Assembly: GCF_000284115.1 (NCBI RefSeq)
Contig: NC_017080.1
Span: 3,360,001 to 3,392,000 of the forward strand
Direction of reading: 5' to 3'
Source of the DNA: Phycisphaera mikurensis NBRC 102666
Lineage (GTDB): Bacteria > Planctomycetota > Phycisphaerae > Phycisphaerales > Phycisphaeraceae
Length of the DNA: 32,000 bases
The notes under the pieces are model-generated. The model searched no databases. It was not told the DNA's origin and was given only the letters and a program-made list of their open reading frames with translations. Position 1 is the first letter of the stretch, and each line of letters begins with the position of its first letter. Both the position numbers and the translations under genes were made by a program. Shown here piece after piece: positions 1 through 7,177 of the stretch.

Positions 1-1
1 C

Positions 2-1138
2 AGCGGGCTCTACGGCGTCAACGGCACCTCGTGGAACCTGCACTTCCGCGGCAACGTGCTGGCGGCGAGCGGCGACCGGACGGTGTTCTTCCTGCACCGG
101 CGCGGCAACGAGAGCGACTACGCCAACGCCTCCCGCGACTGGATCGTGGCGGACAACCGCATCGAGGCGGCGACGCCGGACGCGTCGGTCTACCTGCAGG
201 GCAGCACGCCCGGCCAGTACGCCGAGTTCGTGGCGACCTACCGGGGCAGCGGCAACCTCTACGTGCGGCCCGGGGGCAGCCGGCCCTTCGTCGGGACGGA
301 CGGCCGGCCGATCGACCTCCACGGCTGGCGGGCGCTGACCGGGCAGGAGGAGGGCTCCGCCGCGGTCGCGCCCGGCGAGGGCCCGGCCGCCCGGATCGAA
401 CTCTCCGCGGAGGACCGGCGGCGGCTCGCGGCCGCCAACGCCCGCACCGACCGCTTCCTCGCGATCGCGGCCGCGGTGGAGGCGTCGAGCGGCCCGCCCT
501 TCGAGCGGATCACGCGAGCGGTCGGCAACAACGTCCAGCCGGTGAGCCTCGCCGGGCGGGCGAACCGGGCGCTGCTCGGCGGGGACGCCTGGATCGGCGG
601 CGGCATGCAGCTCAACCAGCTCGGCGGCGGCCGGAGCGTGTTCGCGGGCGTGCCGTTCGACGTCGCCGACCCGGCGGGCGGAGCGGAGGTGGCGATCGCG
701 CTGCGCAGCGAGAAGCTGCCGGGGGTCGCTCGCGCGGTGGAGGTGCCGATCGGCGGCCGCGTCGAGGCCGTCTACGTGCTGCATGGGGCCGGCTGGGTGG
801 ACGACGATCCGGCGCCCGTGGGCGCGTACGAGCTGATCTACGACGACGTCGACGAGGACGCGGCGGGCCTGGTGATCGGCTCGGGCGGTCCGGGCGGCCC
901 GGCGGCGAACACGGAGCCGCTGGTGGGCGACTGGTACGGAAGCTTCCAACCCTTCGACGGGCGGAAGGTGCGGCACGCGCGCCTGCCGGCCAACGAGGCG
1001 GGCGTGGCGGCGAACCTCTACATCGTCGAGATCGTGAACCCGCGGCCGGACCGCGCGGTGCGCAGCCTCCGGCTGCGGAGCTTCGAGGGGCGGGACCCGA
1101 CGCTGGTCGTGCTGGGCGTCACGGCGCTGCGCCGGTGA
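2..1138 (+). CDS. C-terminal part of a hypothetical protein (5' end outside window)
   Basis: Frame 2 is open from the window edge: SGLYGVNGTSWNLHFRGN precedes the GTG at 56 listed in the ORF track. Amino-acid composition is balanced (D,E,Y,F,N,I), unlike the R/G/A/P-rich off-frame ORFs. No family recognised by eye. Confidence 0.6.
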   Translation, partial: SGLYGVNGTSWNLHFRGNVLAASGDRTVFFLHRRGNESDYANASRDWIVADNRIEAATPDASVYLQGSTPGQYAEFVATYRGSGNLYVRPGGSRPFVGTDGRPIDLHGWRALTGQEEGSAAVAPGEGPAARIELSAEDRRRLAAANARTDRFLAIAAAVEASSGPPFERITRAVGNNVQPVSLAGRANRALLGGDAWIGGGMQLNQLGGGRSVFAGVPFDVADPAGGAEVAIALRSEKLPGVARAVEVPIGGRVEAVYVLHGAGWVDDDPAPVGAYELIYDDVDEDAAGLVIGSGGPGGPAANTEPLVGDWYGSFQPFDGRKVRHARLPANEAGVAANLYIVEIVNPRPDRAVRSLRLRSFEGRDPTLVVLGVTALRR

Positions 1139-1143
1139 TCGAT

Positions 1144-1189
1144 CCGCGGACCGCCGGCGATTCGGCCCCCGAGCGGCCGCGGTCCGCGG
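1144..1189. repeat. 46-nt palindromic-ended element, copy A (intergenic, between convergent CDSs)
   Basis: CCGCGGACCG (1144-1153), a 26-nt spacer, then CGGTCCGCGG (1180-1189). The arms extend to 13 bp (GATCCGCGGACCG / CGGTCCGCGGATC, 1141-1192). It begins 6 nt after the stop at 1138 and may double as a bidirectional terminator hairpin. Confidence 0.85.
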
Positions 1190-1301
1190 ATCACCCGCCG
1201 GCGGCGCCGATCGACGTGGCCGGGGGTCGCGGGCGGCCACGGGGCGGGCGTCGCACCCGCAGCGTGATCCGCTCGCACGCCCGGTCCCCCGAGGGCCCGT
1301 G

Positions 1302-2366
1302 TCAGACCGCTCGCGGGTGGGCCTGGGCGTAGGCGGTCCGCATCCGCATGGTGGACAGGTGCGTGTAGACCTGGGTCGTCGACAGGGACTGGTGCCCGAG
1401 CAGCTCCTGCACGCTTCGGAGGTCGGCCCCGTTGTCGAGGAGGTGGGTGGCGAAGCTGTGCCGCAGGGTGTGCGGCGAGATGCCCGGGTCCATGCCGGCG
1501 CCGACGAGGTACTTGTCGAGCTTGCGGCGGACGCTGCGGCTGGACAGCCGGCCGCCGTTCTTGTTGATGAAGACCGGCACCGCGGCGGTGCGGTCGCTCT
1601 CCCGGCGGAGCTTGGCGAAGCGGGGGTCGGGCTCGAGCAGCGTCATGTAGTGGCGGATCGCGGCGAGGGCGTGGCTGCCCAGCGGCACGATCCGCTCCTT
1701 CTTGCCCTTGCCGCGGATGTGCATCGTCTGCTCCGCCATCGAGACGTCGCCGCGGTCCAGCTGCACGAGCTCGCTCACGCGGACGCCGGTGGAGTAAAGC
1801 GTCTCGAGGATCGCCCGGTCGCGGGCGCCCAGCGTCTCGCGGTTGTCGGGAGCCGCCAGCAGCGCCTCCACCTGCTCGACGTTGATGGCCTTGGGCAGCC
1901 GCTTCGCCTGCTTGGGGCTGCGGATGAGCAGCATCGGGTTGACCTGGTCGGGGTCGATGCCCGACAGCCACTTGTAGAAGCTCCGCAGCGTGGCGACCTT
2001 GCGGGCGGTCGTGGCGGGGCTGTAGCCGAACTGGTCGAGGTGGCCGAGCAGGCCGCGGATCGTCATCGCGTCGGCGCCGCGGAGCTTGTAGCCGAGGGTT
2101 TCCTCGTCGATCTCCTCCTCCAGCTGCGCGGCGAGCGGGCCGCCGGCGAGGTACTCCACGTACTGGCGGAGGTCGGCCCCGTAGCACCGGGCGGTGTACG
2201 GGCTGAAGTGGCGCTCGTGGGTGAGGTAGTCGAGGAAGCGCTGGACCAGCGGGTGGTTCACGCTGGGCTTCGCCGCTGCCGCCGCCCTTGCCCCCCCGGC
2301 GGCGGGCGTGGCGGGCGTGGCGGCCGGTCGGGCTTCGTCGGGGAGGGGCTTGGAGGCGGCGGGCAT
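1302..2366 (-). CDS. xerC: Tyrosine site-specific recombinase, XerC/XerD family
   Basis: 354 aa. The catalytic set is readable: R (TGVRVSEL), K (RGKGKKER), HxxR (HTLRHSFATHLL), H and Y (LLGHQSLSTTQVYTHL). N-terminal core-binding motif FLDYLTHERHFSPYTARCYGADLRQY is present. XerC and XerD cannot be separated by eye, so the symbol is tentative. Confidence 0.9.
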   Translation of the reverse strand: MPAASKPLPDEARPAATPATPAAGGARAAAAAKPSVNHPLVQRFLDYLTHERHFSPYTARCYGADLRQYVEYLAGGPLAAQLEEEIDEETLGYKLRGADAMTIRGLLGHLDQFGYSPATTARKVATLRSFYKWLSGIDPDQVNPMLLIRSPKQAKRLPKAINVEQVEALLAAPDNRETLGARDRAILETLYSTGVRVSELVQLDRGDVSMAEQTMHIRGKGKKERIVPLGSHALAAIRHYMTLLEPDPRFAKLRRESDRTAAVPVFINKNGGRLSSRSVRRKLDKYLVGAGMDPGISPHTLRHSFATHLLDNGADLRSVQELLGHQSLSTTQVYTHLSTMRMRTAYAQAHPRAV

Positions 2367-2569
2367 GGGCGTCCTGAGGGAGCGGAACGGGGGCTCAGGA
2401 AAAACGGCCTCATGCCGAGATTCGGAAGGAACAAGCGGCGGGAGCCGGTGGGATCGATCGGCTCCGCCGACGCGTTCCGGCTTCGCCGGAAGGGATTTTC
2501 GCTCGCTCGGAAGCGAGGTAAAGGCCGCGGGCTATCGGTCGGATCGCCGCGGCGGGGGCAACTCCGCGG

Positions 2570-2833
2570 TCAGGCGGCCGCCTCGTCGATGCGTCGGGCG
2601 AGGCGGCCGCGGAGCTGGTGGCACAGGAGCGCGGCGTCGTACCAGGTGAGCGCGCAGGCGGGGTCGGCCACCAGCGGGGCGAGCTTCGCGATGAGCGCGG
2701 ACTCGCCCCCTTCGGGGCAGTCGAAGGCGTAGCGGCGGCCGCCGCGGACGACGGCGACCGCGCGGGGGAACCCCGGCTCCGGCGGATCGGGCCGCGGCCC
2801 GCGCTCGCGCTCTGGTTCGGGGAGGTCGTTCAT
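2570..2833 (-). CDS. Small hypothetical protein (87 aa)
   Basis: Starts 18 nt downstream of the lipoprotein gene stop on the same strand. Codon third positions are almost all G/C when read manually. No recognisable family. Confidence 0.55.
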   Translation of the reverse strand: MNDLPEPERERGPRPDPPEPGFPRAVAVVRGGRRYAFDCPEGGESALIAKLAPLVADPACALTWYDAALLCHQLRGRLARRIDEAAA

Positions 2834-2851
2834 CGCTTCGGCAACGGGGGA

Positions 2852-3652
2852 TCAACGCCCCGGGGAGGCCGCGAGCAGCTCCCCGGCGGCCTCGTAGGCG
2901 ACGAACTCGGCGAAGAGGTCGGCGCTGATGCGGTGGAGCCGGGCGTCGGTGTCGCTGCGCGCGTAGTCGGTGCCGCGGTGGCGGGCGAAACGCGCGAGGC
3001 GGTCCTGGAGGCCCGGGTTCGAGGCGTTGTAGACGCGGGAGATCGCGGCGACGGGGCCCGGGGTCGCGGCGGGGCCAGCGGCCCGGACCTCGGCCCGGGT
3101 CGGGCGGGCGGCGCGGGCGAGCGCCCGCGTGTCGGGAGCACCCGGAGCGACGGCCCAGACCTCCCGGTCGGCGTCGGCGTCGGTTCCGGTCCCGGTTCCG
3201 GTGTCGGGGGCCGGCGCGGCGGGCGTGGCCGGGGCCGTGTAGAAGGCACCCAGGTTCAAGCCGAGCTTCGGGGGGTCGTACGGATCGAAGGCGGTGATCG
3301 TCCCGGCGACCAGGCCGCCCACGCCCAGTCCGTCCCGCAGGGCGACCGCTTCCTCGTTGGTGCGAACCTCCGCGAGCCCCAGCCGCTCCATGGCCGCGAG
3401 AACGCGGTTCACCGGGACCGTGGTCACGCCGGCGGCGCCATTGAGCCGCTCGGTGAGCCGGTCGGCGAGGCGGACGCCGTCCGCGTGGACGCTGCCGCTC
3501 TCGTTGAGCAGCGGCGCCACCGCCAGCGTGCGCTCGCCGGCCCAGGGCGCCCGCAGCGTCGCGGCGCGGCGGGGCCCCAGCGTGCAGCCCGCGAGCGTCG
3601 CCGCCGCGACCAGCAGCGGGAGGAGCACCAGGTGGGGGCGGCGGGAACGCAT
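2852..3652 (-). CDS. Putative lipoprotein (possible LpoB/CsgG/TolB-N-like fold)
   Basis: Signal peptide and lipobox (LLVAAATLAGC). The motif LAVAPLLNESG resembles the first strand of LpoB/CsgG-type lipoproteins, a weak by-eye call. It starts 7 nt after the stop of the TolB-like gene. Confidence 0.7.
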   Translation of the reverse strand: MRSRRPHLVLLPLLVAAATLAGCTLGPRRAATLRAPWAGERTLAVAPLLNESGSVHADGVRLADRLTERLNGAAGVTTVPVNRVLAAMERLGLAEVRTNEEAVALRDGLGVGGLVAGTITAFDPYDPPKLGLNLGAFYTAPATPAAPAPDTGTGTGTDADADREVWAVAPGAPDTRALARAARPTRAEVRAAGPAATPGPVAAISRVYNASNPGLQDRLARFARHRGTDYARSDTDARLHRISADLFAEFVAYEAAGELLAASPGR

Positions 3653-3658
3653 GGCGGT

Positions 3659-5095
3659 TCAGGGGCCGGTCGGGACGCCCGCCTGCATGTCGCCGGGACC
3701 GGCGGTCCCGCCGCCGGGCCGCGCGTCGGCTTCGGCGTCGGCGTCGGCGGGGGCCACCGGGAGCCCGACCGCGCCGGCACCCGGCCCGCCCGCCGCGGCG
3801 ACGCCGCGAGGCCGGACCGACCAGATGTTCTCCACGCCGCCGTCCCGCCCGGGGCCCGCGGGGGCGCTGCCGCGGTCACTGATGAAGTAGACGCGGCCAT
3901 CGGGGCCCCAGCTGGGCTGCAGGTTCGCGGCGTCGCCGGTGGTCAGCTTCGAGCGGCCCGAGCCGTCGCGGCGGATCGTCCAGACGTCGGCGCGGGTGGG
4001 TTGCGTCGGGTCCTCACCGGCGGGGTCGAGCACGGTGCAGAAGACCAGGCTCTCGCCGTCGGGGCTCCACCGCGGCGTGATGACCGCGGCGTTGGACGAC
4101 ACCGCCACCTCGGTGGGCCGCACGGCCTCGCCGTCCTCCAGCTGCACCGTCCACACCGAGAACCAGCGGCTGCCGCGCTCGCGGGCCCGCTGGAAGGCGA
4201 TCGTGTCGTCGGCGGGCGACCACACCGGGAAGAGGCCGCGGCCGATGATGCGCTTCTTGGTGGGCCGGTCGACGTCGATCACGACCAGCTCCCACCCGCC
4301 GGCGTGCGGGCTGAAGGACGAGTAGACGAGCCGCTGGCCGTCGGGCGAGAAGCTGGGGTGGACGTTGTGGCCGTCGTCGTCGGTGAGCTTGACGGCCCGG
4401 CCGCCGCCGGCATCCATGAGGTAGAGGTCCCACGTGCCCGAGCGGTCCGAGGCGAAGGCGATGCGGCGGCCGTCGGGGCTGACGGCGGGCATCACGTCGT
4501 TGGCGGGGTCGTCGGTGAGCTGCGTGACGGAGGTCCCGCCGATCGCCTGCCGGTAGAGGTCGGCGGTGGGCCGGTGGCGGGTGGAGGCGAAGTAGAGCGT
4601 CTCGCCGTCGGGGGCCGGGGCGACGTCGAAGTCGTCGCCCTCGGTGGTGGAGGTGATGCGGCTGAGGCCCGCGTCGGCGGAGCCGTCGCGCGAGGGCTCG
4701 GGCTGCACGCCCTCGAATTGGCCGTAGAGGTTGAAGCCGGTGGAGCGCGGGTCGGCGGCCGAGGCGGCGGCGGCGGGCACGATCGCGACGTCGTGGGCCG
4801 GGGCGGCGAGCACGACGCTCGGCGGCGTCGGGGGCGCCGGCGGAGCGACCGAAGCCGCCCGGGCGGCGGAGGCGGTGTCGGGCGCCGGCACGACGGCGCC
4901 GGAGGGGGTCGGCGAGGGGGCGGCCCCGGCGGAAGCCAGGCCGGCCGCGGGGGTTCCGCCCGCCGGCCGCGGCGCGTAGCCGGTGGTCGGCGTGACGGCG
5001 GCCTGGCACCCGGCGAGCAGCAGCACGCCGGCGGCGGCAAACGGGGCGGGGCGGAGCGTCAAGGGGGTCGGTCGGAGCGTGGACGTTGCGGTCAT
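3659..5095 (-). CDS. TolB-like beta-propeller lipoprotein (PD40/WD40-like repeats)
   Basis: The track ORF runs to 5659, but its first 188 codons are R/A/P/G-rich. The ATG at 5095 gives a signal peptide and lipobox (AAAGVLLLAGC), then an Ala/Pro linker. This is followed by repeated TolB-type blades: SPDGRRIAFASDRSGTWDLY, SPDGQRLVYSS, WSPDGESLVF, WGPDGRVYFISDR. Confidence 0.85.
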   Translation of the reverse strand: MTATSTLRPTPLTLRPAPFAAAGVLLLAGCQAAVTPTTGYAPRPAGGTPAAGLASAGAAPSPTPSGAVVPAPDTASAARAASVAPPAPPTPPSVVLAAPAHDVAIVPAAAASAADPRSTGFNLYGQFEGVQPEPSRDGSADAGLSRITSTTEGDDFDVAPAPDGETLYFASTRHRPTADLYRQAIGGTSVTQLTDDPANDVMPAVSPDGRRIAFASDRSGTWDLYLMDAGGGRAVKLTDDDGHNVHPSFSPDGQRLVYSSFSPHAGGWELVVIDVDRPTKKRIIGRGLFPVWSPADDTIAFQRARERGSRWFSVWTVQLEDGEAVRPTEVAVSSNAAVITPRWSPDGESLVFCTVLDPAGEDPTQPTRADVWTIRRDGSGRSKLTTGDAANLQPSWGPDGRVYFISDRGSAPAGPGRDGGVENIWSVRPRGVAAAGGPGAGAVGLPVAPADADAEADARPGGGTAGPGDMQAGVPTGP

Positions 5096-5450
5096 CGGGG
5101 GCGTCCGGGTGAGGTGCTTGGGCGGCGGGGGGCCGCCGTCGGGGAGCGGTATCGGACGCAGCGCCGCCCGCCCATGAGGCGGAGCCCGGGCCCGCGGCGC
5201 GGCGGATCCTCTAAGGTCTTCGCCGCCTCCTGCGCCAGCGGCCCCGGCCGCCGGCGCGGGCTGGGGCGCTGGAGGGCGCAACGCGGCCCCCGCGGAGCGA
5301 CGCGGCGTCGCGGCGGGTCTGCCGGGGTTGTCCCCGGGGGGGGCTGCGGGGGACGCGCGGAGCGGACACCCCACGCCGTAAGACGGCATCGAAGCCGGCG
5401 ACTCCCCCGGCCGGCCGCCGCCGCTTCGTCCGTCCCGCCCGCCCCCCGCC

Positions 5451-7145
5451 ATGCTCGTCGCGACCGCCGCCCTCCTCGCCGCCGCCGCCCCGCCCGCGTG
5501 GGCGGAGCCCCCGGCGGCGGAAGCGGTCTTCCAGGACGGCGGCGGCCTCCGCCTCGCGGTGACGGTGGCGTACGTGCTGCTGCTCGCGGCGCTGTGCGCC
5601 TTCGGCGGGCACCGCTTCCTCATGGTCCGGTTGTTCCTGCGGCACCGGCGCGACCGCATCCGCCCCGCCCGCCGCTACGCCGACGAAGAGCTGCCGGCGG
5701 TGACGGTCCAGCTGCCCCTCTTCAACGAGGGGGCCGTGGCGGCGCGGGTGATCGACGCCGCCGCCGCCCTCGACTACCCCCGCCTGCAGGTGCAGGTGCT
5801 CGACGACTCCAACGACGGCAGCGAGCGGATCGGCGCCGAGCGAGCGGCCTTCTGGCGCGGCCGCGGCGTCGACGTCGTGCACGCGCACCGCGCCGACCGC
5901 TCCGGGTACAAGGCGGGCGCCCTCGCCGCGGGGCTCCAGACCGCGACCGGCGAGCTGGTCGCGATCTTCGACGCCGACTTCGTCCCCCCCGCGGGCTTCC
6001 TCCGGGCCGCCGTCCACTTCTTCACCGACCCGGGCATCGGCATGGTGCAGGCGCGCTGGGGGCACCTCAACCGCGACGAGTCGGCGCTGACCGCGGCGCA
6101 GGCGATCCTGCTCGACGGCCACTTCGTGGTCGAGCACACCGCCCGCAACCGCTCGGGGGTGTTCATGCACTTCAACGGCACCGCCGGCCTGTGGCGGCGC
6201 CGCTGCATCGACGACGCCGGGGGCTGGTCGCACGACACGCTGACCGAGGACGTGGACCTCTCGTACCGGGCGCAGCTGCGGGGCTGGCGGTTCCTCTTCC
6301 TCCCGCGCCTGGTGTGCCCGGCGGAGCTACCGCGGGAGATGAACGCGTTCAAAACGCAGCAGCACCGCTGGACCAAGGGCAGCGTGCAGACGGCGATGAA
6401 GCTGCTGCCGCTGGTGTTCCGGTCGGACCAGCCGCTGAAGGTGAAGGCCGAGGCGGCGGCTCACCTGCTCAGCCCGGCGACGTACCTGGCGGTGATCGGC
6501 TTCACCGCCCTGTGCTACCCCGCCATCGTCATGAACCTGCGGTACACGCCCGCCGGCGCCTTCTGGGGCCTGGGCGTCGGCGTGCTGCTGCTGTGCCTGG
6601 GCACGATCTCCGCGGCGACCTTCTACGTGGTGAGCCAGGCCGCCCTCGGCCGCTCGGCGTGGAAGACGATGCTGCGGGTGCCCTTGCTCATGGCCCTCGC
6701 GGTGGGCATCGCGGTGTCCAACGCGGCGGCGGTGCTGGAGGCGCTGGTCGGTCACCGCAGCGGCTTCGTGCGGACGCCCAAGCTGGGCGGGGCGGAGGCG
6801 GGAACCGAGGCGGATTCGGGGCCGGGCCCGACGCCGCGGGTGCGGGTGTCTCCGGCGAAGGCGGTGGTGATCGCGGCGGAGCTGGGCATGGGGCTGCTGA
6901 TGCTCGAGGCCGCGCGGCGGGGGCTGATGTCCGGCGCGACCGCCATCAGCACGCCCTTCCTGCTGCTCTTCGCGTGCGGCTACCTCTACGTGGGCTCCGC
7001 CTCCTTGTGGGGCCTGCGGCCGCGGACCGCGCGGGCAAACGCCGGCGAGGCCGCGCGGTCCGCGGGGACGGAGCGCGCGGCCCGGCGAGAAGCGCCCCCC
7101 GGCGAGGCCAAGATCGCGATCGGCCGCGAGGCCGTGGCTTCCTGA
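5451..7145 (+). CDS. Processive-type family 2 glycosyltransferase (cellulose-synthase/CslA/MgdA-like), multi-TM C-terminus
   Basis: 564 aa. GT2 motifs are readable: VLDDSNDGS, AIFDADF (DxD), TEDVDLSYR (TED), QQHRWTKG (QxxRW). An N-terminal TM helix and several C-terminal TM helices are present. Confidence 0.9.
   Translation: MLVATAALLAAAAPPAWAEPPAAEAVFQDGGGLRLAVTVAYVLLLAALCAFGGHRFLMVRLFLRHRRDRIRPARRYADEELPAVTVQLPLFNEGAVAARVIDAAAALDYPRLQVQVLDDSNDGSERIGAERAAFWRGRGVDVVHAHRADRSGYKAGALAAGLQTATGELVAIFDADFVPPAGFLRAAVHFFTDPGIGMVQARWGHLNRDESALTAAQAILLDGHFVVEHTARNRSGVFMHFNGTAGLWRRRCIDDAGGWSHDTLTEDVDLSYRAQLRGWRFLFLPRLVCPAELPREMNAFKTQQHRWTKGSVQTAMKLLPLVFRSDQPLKVKAEAAAHLLSPATYLAVIGFTALCYPAIVMNLRYTPAGAFWGLGVGVLLLCLGTISAATFYVVSQAALGRSAWKTMLRVPLLMALAVGIAVSNAAAVLEALVGHRSGFVRTPKLGGAEAGTEADSGPGPTPRVRVSPAKAVVIAAELGMGLLMLEAARRGLMSGATAISTPFLLLFACGYLYVGSASLWGLRPRTARANAGEAARSAGTERAARREAPPGEAKIAIGREAVAS
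7020..7065. repeat. 46-nt palindromic-ended element, copy B (inside the GT2 3' coding region)
   Basis: CCGCGGACCG (7020-7029), a 26-nt spacer, then CGGTCCGCGG (7056-7065). The arms extend to a perfect 15 bp (CCGCGGACCGCGCGG / CCGCGCGGTCCGCGG). It starts at codon position 1 and is translated PRTARANAGEAARSAG in the C-terminal tail. Confidence 0.85.
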
Positions 7146-7177
7146 AGCGGGCGGCGCGGGCCCTTTAGGCTCCCGCC

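Noticed and set aside
3659-5659. Full 666-aa version of the TolB-like ORF
   Set aside because: The first 188 codons are R/A/P/G-rich and would extend across the divergent intergenic region into the GT2 gene. The ATG at 5095 gives a proper lipoprotein signal peptide.
2618-7168. 1516-aa ORF on the + strand, the longest in the track
   Set aside because: Its composition is extremely R/G/A/P-rich and no motifs are recognisable. It runs antisense or off-frame across four well-supported minus-strand genes and off-frame through the GT2 gene. This is a typical high-GC artefact.
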